A DNA stretch of 63,983 nt, filler included, from Vicugna vicugna (GCA_013265495.1; 76 parts of 75 records of this genome joined end to end with filler, not necessarily neighbours in it); one strand, 5' to 3'. Numbered from the whole stretch's first letter, positions 37,523-48,733 are shown. Translations and numbers: made by a program. The notes: a model not told the origin generated them from the letters alone.

Positions 37523-37690
37523 ATGAAGGTCTTCAGGCTTTTGAGTGAGTTACTCTGTTTTCCTGGGACTCTTCCAATGTATATATACAATTAAACTTTG
37601 ATTTTTCTCCTGGCAATCTGCCTTCTGTCATTTTAGCTGCCAGCCAAAAGAACTAAGATTGAAAAGAGGGGAAATTTCCCCACCCCCACA
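37523..37690 (+). mobile_element. ERV1-type LTR 3' end
   Basis: attaaactttgatttttctcctggcaatctgcc...ccagccaaaagaactaaga...aaatttccccacccccaCA: a polyA-signal-like ATTAAA and terminal CA, similar to recalled ERV1 LTR ends. Confidence 0.65.
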
Positions 37691-38438
37691 CTAAACATAT
37701 ACAGGTTTGAATTTAGAGTTTTTGTTTTATTTCATTCTTATTGCCTCCCAATAAATGACACATTTTTATCCTTCATGAATATATTTGAATTTCAAAACTT
37801 TTAATTTTTACAACATGGACTTAAGCTAGTTATCTCGTTAGCTATTGTAATTTAAGGATGATTTAAAAATCAAAATACCCTCCCAAAAAATGGGTACACA
37901 TTTTTTTTTTNNNNNNNNNNNNNNNNNNNNNNNNNNNNNNNNNNNNNNNNNNNNNNNNNNNNNNNNNNNNNNNNNNNNNNNNNNNNNNNNNNNNNNNNNN
38001 NNNNNNNNNNNNNNNNNNNNNNNNNNNNNNNNNNNNNNNNNNNNNNNNNNNNNNNNNNNNNNNNNNNNNNNNNNNNNNNNNNNNNNNNNNNNNNNNNNNN
38101 NNNNNNNNNNNNNNNNNNNNNNNNNNNNNNNNNNNNNNNNNNTGGGTGCTGTTGCATAATTTCTCAGAATTCTATTTTATTCTAAGATGTTCCCCCTTTG
38201 CATGTTTATCCTATTTTTTAGGCAAAGAGTGTTGAAATGTAGAGTTCAAGAAATATTTCTAATTTAAACACTCTACAGAGGTAGTAAGTATCTCTGAATA
38301 TAATATATTTATGTAAATTTCTATGCTAGGATTTGAGCNNNNNNNNNNNNNNNNNNNNNNNNNNNNNNNNNNNNNNNNNNNNTTAATTAATTAANNNNNN
38401 NNNNNNNNNNNNNNNNNNNNNNNNNNNNNNNNNNNNNN

Positions 38439-39246
38439 GGAACAGGAAGTGGAGGAGGAGTTGGTGGAGGAGAAGGAGGAAGTTGAGGAGGAGGAGGATG
38501 AGGAGGAGGATGTGGTGGAGGAGGAGCATGTGGAGGAGAAGGCGAAGGACATTGAAGAGGAGGTGGTGGAGGTAGTGGAGGAGGAGTTTGAGGAGGAGAA
38601 GGAGATGGACGTGGAGGAGGAGAAGGAGGTGGAAGAGGAGGAGGAGGAGGAGGTGGAGGAGGAGGAGGNNNNNNNNNNNNNNNNNNNNNNNNNNNNNNNN
38701 NNNNNNNNNNNNNNNNNNNNNNNNNNNNNNNNNNNNNNNNNNNNNNNNNNNNNNNNNNNNNNNNNNNNNNNNNNNNNNNNNNNNNNGGAGGAGGAGCAGG
38801 AGGTGGAGGAGGAGCAGGAGGTGGAGGAGGAGCAGGAGGTGGAGGAGGAGGTGGAGGTGGAAAGGAGGAGGAGGAGGAAGAAGACGAGGTGGAGGAGGAG
38901 GAGGTGGAGGAAGAGGAGGAGGAGGAGGAGGTGATGGAGGAGAAGGAGGAGGTGGAGGTGGAGGAAGAGGATGAGGAGGAGGATGTGGAGGAGGAGAATG
39001 TGGAGGAGGAGGATGTGGACGAGGAGGAGGAGGAGGTGGAGGAGGATGTGGAGGAGGAGGTGGAGAGAGGAGGAGGAGGTGGAGGAGGATGAGGAGGAGG
39101 ATGTGGAGGAGGAGAATATGGAGGTGGAGGAGGATGTGGAGGAAAATGTGGAGGAGGAATGGGAAGTGGAGGAGGAGTTGGTGGAGGAGAAGGAGGAAGT
39201 AGAGGAGGAGGAGGATGAGGAGGAGGATGTGGTGGAGGAGGATGTG
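38439..39246 (+). repeat. GAG-rich triplet-phased purine repeat (reads as Glu/Val/Asp-rich), frame broken twice
   Basis: Mostly GAG/GTG/GAT/AAG triplets, with phase shifts near 38862 and 39065. A ~78-bp block at 38446 recurs at 39163. Confidence 0.85.
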
Positions 39247-39346
39247 NNNNNNNNNNNNNNNNNNNNNNNNNNNNNNNNNNNNNNNNNNNNTTAATTAATT
39301 AANNNNNNNNNNNNNNNNNNNNNNNNNNNNNNNNNNNNNNNNNNNN

Positions 39347-39829
39347 CACTAGGAAACATACTGAGAATCCAGTGTAGCTGTTTCTACTGGATACCATTAC
39401 CTTTATGCTAGACAAACGGATGTCTCTCCACAATCTCAATACTCAGAACTGAATGAGTGTTTAAGCCATCCTTTACCTACCTTGTTGGAAACCCAGAGTT
39501 TCAGTCCAATGGAAACTACGCTTCTTTCATATATATAGGGAGTTACTAGCACGGACTTGGTTTTACACTGCAAACCACTTTTATTTGAAACCGGCTTTGA
39601 GAAACATGCTGACATCTCAGAGAATTTGTTTCTGTATATCACACTTAACCTTCTGGATGAAAAAAACGCCTCTCCACAGGCTTACTTCTGACATCTGAAT
39701 TTATTTTGGAGACTTCCTTCACCTAACTTGTTGGAAAACCCGATTTTCTGTTATAGGGGAACTGCACTAGTTACATATCTAAAAGGAGGAACTTGCTCCA
39801 ACGTGTTTTTCACACTAAATCGCTTTTAC
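39347..39829. repeat. Strongly diverged satellite D-like monomers
   Basis: cactaggaaacatactgagaa, tctctccaca (39423 and ~39670), ggttttacactgcaaacc and gaaaccggc retain the D landmark order. Confidence 0.8.
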
Positions 39830-39929
39830 NNNNNNNNNNNNNNNNNNNNNNNNNNNNNNNNNNNNNNNNNNNNTTAATTAATTAANNNNNNNNNNNNNNN
39901 NNNNNNNNNNNNNNNNNNNNNNNNNNNNN

Positions 39930-40157
39930 GCTATAAAAAAATATGGAGGTTGCTCAAAAAAATAAAAACAGAACCATCACACAGTCCACCAACCCCATTT
40001 CTGCATATATGTCTGTATGTATCTGAGAGAAACAAAATCATTATTTTGAAGAGGTATCTGCATTCCCATGTTTACTGTAGCATTAGTCCTAATAGCCAAG
40101 ATATAGAAACAACTTCAGTGTCTATCAATGGATAAGGGAGATATGAGATAGATAGAT

Positions 40158-40222
<65 letters not shown>

Positions 40223-40791
40223 GATAATAGATAGATGATAGATGATAGATAGATAATAGACAGATACAATGGAATATTATTTAGTCAAGAGAAGGAAGGA
40301 AATCATTCTCTTCATGACAACATGGATGAACCTCGGGGACATTAAGCTAAGACAGAGAAAGACAAATAACGTATGATCTCATTTATATGTGGAATCTTAA
40401 AAAAACCAAAAATCAAAATCACAGAAAAGAGGAACAAAATAGTGCTTCCTAGGAGCTGGGTGTCGGGTAAATGGGGAGACAATGGTCAAAGAGTTATAAG
40501 ATGAATAAGTACCAGGGATAATGTATAGCATGGTTACTACAGTTAATAATACTTTGTTTTACACTTGAAATTTGCTAAGAGAGCAGATCATAAGCATTCT
40601 CACTGAACACACAAAAAATATAGAGTATGTGAGGTTATGAAATTGGTAATTAACCTGATTACGGTAATCATTTCACAACATATATGCATATCAAATCATT
40701 ATGTTGTGCACTTTAAATACATACAAGTTTATTTATTAATAAATTGAGGTGTGTGATTATATACACCTCAATAAAGCTGGGGAAAAAGAAA
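39930..40791 (+). mobile_element. L1MA-type 3' end with polyA signal and A-rich tail
   Basis: gaggtatctgcattcccatgtttactgtagcatta, caacatggatgaacct, atgatctcatttatatgtggaatct, aaatttgctaagagag, cctcaataaagctggggaaaaagaaa. Confidence 0.92.
40147..40266 (+). repeat. (GATA)n microsatellite inside the L1
   Basis: Long gatagatagata run with degenerate flanks. Confidence 0.97.
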
Positions 40792-40891
40792 NNNNNNNNN
40801 NNNNNNNNNNNNNNNNNNNNNNNNNNNNNNNNNNNTTAATTAATTAANNNNNNNNNNNNNNNNNNNNNNNNNNNNNNNNNNNNNNNNNNNN

Positions 40892-41604
40892 CGCGCTGCC
40901 GACCGTTGGTGGAACCTTCCCACGCTCAGTCTCCGGAACATTTGTCAGTGCGTGGTGGAGCACGAAGGACAACTCCATGCAGTTCTCTTCAGTCACAAGT
41001 GTTCCCTGTTCAGGGAAGTCCGTGAAATACCTTCCCTGACCTTGGGGAGGCAGCCTCTGTTACTGGGATAACCTGCAAACCCCCCTAGCATTCCCTGGCA
41101 CAGAGACATTAGGAAAACCCTCAGGGGAGATGAGCTTAGGCATTCCGTTAGAACCCACGCGCTGACGACCGTTGGTGGAACNNNNNNNNNNNNNNNNNNG
41201 GGGAGCTCGAGAGACAACTCCACGCAGCTCTCTTCAGTCACAGGTGTTCCCTGTTCGGGGAAGTCCGAGAAATAACTTCCCTGACCTTGGGGAGGCAGCC
41301 TCTGTCACTGGGATATCCTGCAAACACCCCTAGCATGCCCTGGTACAGAGAAATTAGGAAAACCCTCAGGGGAGACGAGCTTAGGCTTTCCGTTAGAACC
41401 CAAGCCCTGCCGACCGTTGATGGAACCTCCCCACGCTCAGGATTCCGGAAACATTGTCAGTGCGTGCGGGAGCTCGAGAGACATCTCCATGCAGCTCTCT
41501 TCAGTCACAGGTGTTCCGTGTTCGGGGAAGTCCGAGAAATAACTTCCCTTACTTTGGGCAGTCAGCCTCTGTCACTGGGATAACCTGCAAACACCCCTAG
41601 CATT
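40892..41604. repeat. Satellite A
   Basis: A consensus landmarks; about 2.5 monomers. Confidence 0.95.
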
Positions 41605-41704
41605 NNNNNNNNNNNNNNNNNNNNNNNNNNNNNNNNNNNNNNNNNNNNTTAATTAATTAANNNNNNNNNNNNNNNNNNNNNNNNNNNNNNNNNNNNNNNN
41701 NNNN

Positions 41705-42230
41705 GTCTCACCACATGCTCAGTTCTGAGAGATATGTGTGTGAAAGCCGATCTTCACATATCTTGAAGGGAACAGAAAGTTTCGTTTTAAGTTGAAAACC
41801 CCACTACATACATATATATGGGGAGGTACAAGCTCCAACTCGGGTTTACAGTGAAAACTGCAGGATCTACAAAGCGGCACTAGGAAACAGACTGAGAAAG
41901 CAGCGTAAGTGTTTCTCCTGCAAACCGTTCCCTTTGTCCTGGATGAACGAACGTCTGTCCACATGCTCAGTTCCGAGATAATTGTGTGTGAAAGCCGTAC
42001 TTCACCTAGCTTAAAGGGAACAAAAAGTTTCTTTAAAAAGTTTCAGTTCAAAATTCCACTACATGCATATATATGGGGAGGTTCAAGTTCCAAATCGGTT
42101 TTACAGTGAAAAATGCCGGAAGTTCATACCGGAACTAGGAAACAGGCTGAGAAACCAAAGAATCTGTTTCTCCCTTTGGGCTGGGTGAACGAACGTCTCT
42201 CCACATACTCATTTCTGAGAGATAAGTGTG
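41705..42230. repeat. Satellite D
   Basis: ccacatgctcag at 41711 and 41959 (248 bp apart). Confidence 0.94.
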
Positions 42231-42330
42231 NNNNNNNNNNNNNNNNNNNNNNNNNNNNNNNNNNNNNNNNNNNNTTAATTAATTAANNNNNNNNNNNNNN
42301 NNNNNNNNNNNNNNNNNNNNNNNNNNNNNN

Positions 42331-43517
42331 CGCCATTTCTAATAACTGAAGATCTAGTGAATTTCACAGACTGGCATTTCTTAAAAGAATTCAGCAGTTT
42401 AAAATTTATCCTAAAAGAACGGTTGAGAAATCTACCCTAAATAGAAATGCAGCAAGATGAAATGGAAAGAAGAAACCATTATTGGAAATGCAAGAAGAGC
42501 ATGAGTGGCAAAGAAACAATAAGAGGAAGGCAAGTAGGACATCAAAACCCTAAATATGGGAGAGGTAAGCAGGAAATCATAGGTGATTGGAAGCACTCTC
42601 TTAAGTGAATCAGCTTATTTGACTCTCTGTTTGAAGAGAAAGGGGAGATGCATGGCCTGACTTGTTTGCGAAAAAAGCTAGAAGACGACCAACAAAGAAT
42701 CAAACCTAAAAACAAGCACCAAAATGGTACGGTTGGCTGACATTTACCACGGGAAACATGACTATTCAGAAGAAAATTCTTAAGGTGATGTCAAGAATCA
42801 TTCAGCATGCATCGACCCAGTATCGGGGCTTGCATGTACTCAGCACACTTGTATTCGGAAATCAGAGGCGTGAATTCATATTCGTAAATTTTGATTCATA
42901 AGAGCATATCGTGACCTAACACTAATGCCGATTTGGAATCAAATGNNNNNNNNNNNNNNNNNNNNNNNNNNNNNNNNNNNNNNNNNNNNNNNNNNNNNNN
43001 NNNNNNNNNNNNNNNNNNNNNNNNNNNNNNNNNNNNNNNNNNNNNNNNNNNNNNNNNNNNNNNNNNNNNNNNNNNNNNNNNNNNNNNNNNNNNNNNNNNN
43101 NNNNNNNNNNNNNNNNNNNNNNNNNNNNNNNNNNNNNNNNNNNNNNNNNNNNNNNNNNNNNNNNNNNNNNNNNNNNNNNNNNNNNNNNNNNNNNNNNNNN
43201 NNNNNNNNNNNNNNNNNNNNNNNNNNNNNNNNNNNNNNNNNNNNNNNNNNNNNNNNNNNNNNNNNNNNNNNNNNNNNNNNNNNNNNNNNNNNNNNNNNNN
43301 NNNNNNNNNNNNNNNNNNNNNNNNNNNNNNNNNNNNNNNNNNNNNNNNNNNNNNNNNNNNNNNNNNNNNNNNNNNNNNNNNNNNNNNNNNNCAACACTGA
43401 CGCAGCAGACATTGGGGATGGCAGTTAGCGGTTGGATTCCAGGTGGAATGTTGGTGTGTACCGCTTGGCTTGTTGTGGCTGTTGAATTCTTAGTAACCGG
43501 GCAGTGTTCCGTTCCGT
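42331..43517 (+). repeat. Bridging copy of the multi-copy unit: L1 ORF1 end and inter-ORF start, then non-L1 sequence
   Basis: 42331-42506 matches 18359-18534. 42510-42582 resembles the L1 inter-ORF text at 36360-36436. 42858-42945 matches 26558-26645. Confidence 0.78.
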
Positions 43518-43617
43518 NNNNNNNNNNNNNNNNNNNNNNNNNNNNNNNNNNNNNNNNNNNNTTAATTAATTAANNNNNNNNNNNNNNNNNNNNNNNNNNN
43601 NNNNNNNNNNNNNNNNN

Positions 43618-44015
43618 GGGAGGCTCCTCCAAATGACAGCAGCGCCTGTGTTCTAAAAGAATGACTTAGCTTGTCTTCCCTGATGGAATGCCTAGGCTGG
43701 AGAGTGGGTGAAAGAGGGGGTTGGGCTCTAAACCAAGTATTAGCGAGAGCCTATCCATGGGATGTGGGTTTTTAACCTACAACCCACAACCATGGAATAA
43801 ATGTGCCCCCTGAAAGATGCTTTGACACTTTCCCTACATCCAGCACACACTCGAAGAAATGTTCTGGTATTCTGAGTGTGGGGAGAAGTGTTCTTTAGGC
43901 CATGAGGGAAAGCTGGGGGTTGGGCTTGGAAGCCAAGTAGCAGTGAGTGCCCCCTGATCCACAGAGGAAGTACTTAGAGGACTTCTCCCTAAACGGAACA
44001 CCTTTTCTTTTCCTC
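43618..44015. repeat. Satellite B with an internal ~60-bp deletion
   Basis: Parallels 44158-44612 but jumps from tgtgggga to agtgttc near 43885. Confidence 0.9.
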
Positions 44016-44115
44016 NNNNNNNNNNNNNNNNNNNNNNNNNNNNNNNNNNNNNNNNNNNNTTAATTAATTAANNNNNNNNNNNNNNNNNNNNNNNNNNNNN
44101 NNNNNNNNNNNNNNN

Positions 44116-45074
44116 TCCAGCACACACACGGAGACGTGCTCCGGTATCCTGATTGTGGGGAGGCTCCTCCAAATGACAGCAGCGCCTGGGTTCTAAAAGA
44201 ATCCCTTAGCTTGTCTTCCCTGATGGCATGCCTAGGCTGGAGAGTGGGGGAAAGTGGTGGTTGGGCTCTGAACCAAGTATTAGCGAGACCCTATACATGG
44301 GCTGTGGATTTATAACCTACAACCCACAACCATGGAATAAATGTGCCCCTGAATGATGCCTTGACTGTTTCCCTACATCCAGCACACACGCGAAGAAGTG
44401 TTCTGGTATTCTGATTGTGGGGATGTTCCTCAAACTGACAGCAGTACCTGGGTTATATTAGTATCCCTTAGCTTCTGTTCCCTGAGTGTTCCTTTAGGCC
44501 AGGCCATGAGGGAAATCTAGGGGTTGGGCTTGGAGGGCAAGTGGCAGTGAGTGCCCCCTGATCCACTGAGGAAGTACTTAGAGGACTTCTCCCTAAACGG
44601 AACACCTTTTCCTCCATTCATCTGGGTGGAGTGGGGCTGCACATTTCTCCCACACCTAAGTATGTGTTCTGGCATTCTGAGTGCCTGGAAGTTCTTCCAA
44701 CTGACTGCAGTGCCTGGGTTCTAAATGAAGCCCTTTGCTTGTCTTCCCTGTTGGAAAGCCTAGGCGGGGTTGCGGGGGACAGTGTGGTTTGGGCTCCGAA
44801 ACCAAGTATTTGCGATGATCTCTATGGTTTCTGGAGGTGTTTAACTACATCCCTAACCTGGGAACACCTGTGCCCCCATAAAGATCCGTGGAGTCTATTT
44901 CCACACCTCCAGTACACACACGAACACTTGCACAGTTATCCTGAGAGTGGGCAGTCTCCTCCAACTGAGAGCAGGGCCATAGTTCTTATAAAATCGCTTA
45001 ACTAGTCTACAATATTTGGTTGAAAGTTATCCTGAGAGTGGGCATTCTCCTCCAACTGAGAGCAGGGCCATGGT
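44116..45074. repeat. Satellite B (four distinct monomers)
   Basis: Monomer tags at 44117, 44379, ~44645 and 44909. Confidence 0.93.
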
Positions 45075-45174
45075 NNNNNNNNNNNNNNNNNNNNNNNNNN
45101 NNNNNNNNNNNNNNNNNNTTAATTAATTAANNNNNNNNNNNNNNNNNNNNNNNNNNNNNNNNNNNNNNNNNNNN

Positions 45175-45846
45175 AGTGCCTGCCGTTTTCACTGTAAATC
45201 AGAGTTGGAGCTTGTACCTTCCCATACATATGTATGGAGGGTAGTTGCAACTTAAATGAAACTTTGTGTTCCTTTCAACCTAGGTGAAGTACGGCTTTCA
45301 CTCACACTTACCTCTCAGAAGTGAGCATGTTGAGAGACGTTCTTTCATCCAGCACAAAGAGAAAAGGTTGCAGGAGAAACACTTACTCTGGTTTCTCATT
45401 CTGTTTCCTTGTGCCGGTTTGAAGTGCCTGCCGTTTTCACTATAAAACCGTGTTGGAGCTTATACGTCCCTATACATATGTATGGAGAGGAGTTGTCAAG
45501 TGAAAGGAAACTTTGTGTTCCCTTCAAGCTATATGATGTTAGGCTTTAACACACACTTATCTCTCAGAACTGAGCATGTGGAGAGACGTTCTTTCATCCA
45601 GCACAACTGGAACGGGTTGACGGAGATACACCTATTCTGGTTTCCCAGTCTGTTTCCTAGTGCCGGCTTGAATTGCCTGCCGTTTTCACTGTAAAACCGA
45701 GTTGGAGCTTGTACCTCCCCATATATATTTATGGATGGGATTTGGAAACTGAAAAGAAACTTTGTGTCCCTTCAAGCTAGGTGAAGGACGTTTTTCACAC
45801 ACACTTATCTCTCAGAACTGAGCATGTGGAGTGACGTTCGTTCATC
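45175..45846. repeat. Satellite D, opposite orientation
   Basis: ttttcactgtaaaaccgagttggagct and gagcatgtggagagacgtt. Confidence 0.94.
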
Positions 45847-47025
45847 NNNNNNNNNNNNNNNNNNNNNNNNNNNNNNNNNNNNNNNNNNNNTTAATTAATT
45901 AANNNNNNNNNNNNNNNNNNNNNNNNNNNNNNNNNNNNNNNNNNNNAAAAAAAAAAAAAAACCTACATAAGAAGGGCCTGGCACAAGGAGTTTAATCCAA
46001 TACAAAGTTCGAGTTGTTGGTGAGGAATAAGGATTTGGAACCCAACACAGTGGTAGTGACTGAAATCTGTCCTGAGTCCTGATCCTTAGAAGCTCTGTCA
46101 CTGGTAGAGCAAAGGTTTTAAGAAAAACAATCCCTCCTAGAAAGGCAATTGCAATTTGAAAACGAAAGAGCGAGAAGGGAGAGGAGGTCAGACATTACAA
46201 GCAGTTTAGCGAAGACATCAGTACAGGGAGAACGAACACCCGATTTCAAACGTCAAATGCCCCTGCCATCAATCTCACTCCCAACCACCTGCCTCCCTCA
46301 CATGTTTCTCCCTGATTCCTCAGAGCAACTTTTTTGAAGCCAAACTCTTGCTATTTGACTCCTCTGGACTCTTATACGGTTTATCATTTCCTTCCAAACA
46401 AATTTCCCAGTGAGTTAGCCCATCATAGAAGGCCTGTCTGTCCCAGACTAAATTTTAACTCACAAAATTAGGATGCTGCTTAAGTAAGGGGAGAAGCATC
46501 AAAATGGATCCTGCAATCTATTCGAATTCGGTAAAATATATTTCAACTTAAACAGAATCCAACCTTTTTTTTTTAGATTTTCAGAGTCATCTATTGATAT
46601 TATTCTGACATGGCAAAACACACATTTGCTCACAGATTTTGCTACTTTCAATTCACAGAAGACTTTAGCAAAACAATACAGCGTTATTGTTGTTCACTTT
46701 TCATCCTTGGTACATCTGTTGTGAACGTGACCTTTTCACATTGCAGTTTTTTACCGTGAGACTCAAAGTAAGAGGCAAAATTGCTTTCACCTTAGGCAAA
46801 GCCAAATGAATCTTATTATGATGATGAAGGTCTGATAGTTACAGTGCCCTTTGTCTTCGTGATTTTTTTTTCCTGTTCAGGTTAATACCACCATTTTAAA
46901 AAGATTCTGTTTTTTTCTTTTTTCTNNNNNNNNNNNNNNNNNNNNNNNNNNNNNNNNNNNNNNNNNNNNTTAATTAATTAANNNNNNNNNNNNNNNNNNN
47001 NNNNNNNNNNNNNNNNNNNNNNNNN

Positions 47026-48280
47026 TTCCCTTTGTGCTTGATGAACGAACGTCTCTCCAAATACTCAGTTATGAGAGATAAGTGTGTGTGAAACCCGGCT
47101 TTCAACTTGCTCGAGGGGAACACAAATTTTCTTTTCAGTTGCAAACTCCACTCCATACATATATATGGGGAGGTACAAGCTCCAACTCGGTTTTACAGTG
47201 AAAACGGCAGACACTTCAAACCGGCACTAGGAAACAGACTGAGAAACCAGAGTAAGGTTTTCTCCTGCAACCCGTTCCCTTTGTGCTGGGTGAACGAACG
47301 TCTCTCCACATGCTCAGTTCTGAAATAACAGTGTGTGTGAAAGCCGTCCTTCACCTAGGTCGAAGGGAACACAAAGTTTCTTTTCAGTTGCAAACTCCAC
47401 TCCATACATATATATGGGGTGGTACAAGCTCCAACTCGTTTTTACAGTGAAAACGGCAGACACTTCAAACCGTCACTAGGAAACAGACTGAGAAACCANN
47501 NNNNNNNNNNNNNNNNNNNNNNNNNNNNNNNNNNNNNNNNNNNNNNNNNNNNNNNNNNNNNNNNNNNNNNNNNNNNNNNNNNNNNNNNNNNNNNNNNNNN
47601 NNNNNNNNNNNNNNNNNNNNNNNNNNNNNNNNNNNNNNNNNNNNNNNNNNNNNNNNNNNNNNNNNNNNNNNNNNNNNNNNNNNNNNNNNNNNNNNNNNNN
47701 NNNNNNNNNNNNNNNNNNNNNNNNNNNNNNNNNNNNNNNNNNNNNNNNNNNNNNNNNNNNNNNNNNNNNNNNNNNNNNNNNNNNNNNNNNNNNNNNNNNN
47801 NNNNNNNNNNNNNNNNNNNNNNNNNNNNNNNNNNNNNNNNNNNNNNNNNNNNNNNNNNNNNNNNNNNNNNNNNNNNNNNNNNNNNNNNNNNNNNNNNNNN
47901 NTCCATACATAGGGAAAGTAAACGCTCTAACTCGGTTTTACAGTGAAAAAGGCAGGCACATCAAACCAGCACTAGGAAAAAGACTGAGAAACAGAGTAAG
48001 GGTTTCTACTGCAACCCGTTCCCTTTGTGCTGGATGAACGAACGTCTCTCCACATGCTCAGTTCTGAGAGATAAGTGTTTCTGAAAGCCGTCCTTCACAT
48101 AGCTAGAAGGGAACACAAAATTTCTTGTCAGTTGCAAACTCCACTCCATACTTATATATGGGGAGGAACAAGCTCCAAATCGATTTTACAGTTCAAAACG
48201 CAGGAACATCTATCCGGCACTAGGAAGCAGACTGAGAAACCAGAGTAATTTTTTCTCCTGCAACCCGTTCCCATTGTGCT
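47026..48280. repeat. Satellite D
   Basis: ttccctttgtg at 47026 and 47275 (249 bp apart); adjacent monomers are highly similar. Confidence 0.95.
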
Positions 48281-48380
48281 NNNNNNNNNNNNNNNNNNNN
48301 NNNNNNNNNNNNNNNNNNNNNNNNTTAATTAATTAANNNNNNNNNNNNNNNNNNNNNNNNNNNNNNNNNNNNNNNNNNNN

Positions 48381-48633
48381 CGAGAAATATCTTCCCTGAT
48401 CTTGGGGAGGCAGCCACTGACACTGAGATATCCTGTAATCACCCCAAGCATTCCCCGGCACAGAGACATTAGGAAAACCCTCAGGGGAGACGAGCTTACT
48501 CATTCCGTTAGAACCCACACGCTGCCGATTGTTGGTGGAACCTCCCCACGCTCAGGATTCCGGAACCATTTTCAGTGCGTGGGGGATCTCGAGAGACAAC
48601 TCCACGCAGCTCTCTTCAGTCACAGGTGTTCCC
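48381..48633. repeat. Satellite A (~1 monomer)
   Basis: A consensus landmarks present. Confidence 0.94.
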
Positions 48634-48733
48634 NNNNNNNNNNNNNNNNNNNNNNNNNNNNNNNNNNNNNNNNNNNNTTAATTAATTAANNNNNNNNNNN
48701 NNNNNNNNNNNNNNNNNNNNNNNNNNNNNNNNN

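Noticed and set aside
38588..39294. Arg/Trp-rich or Gly-rich protamine-like ORFs
   Set aside because: They are alternative frames of the GAG repeat.
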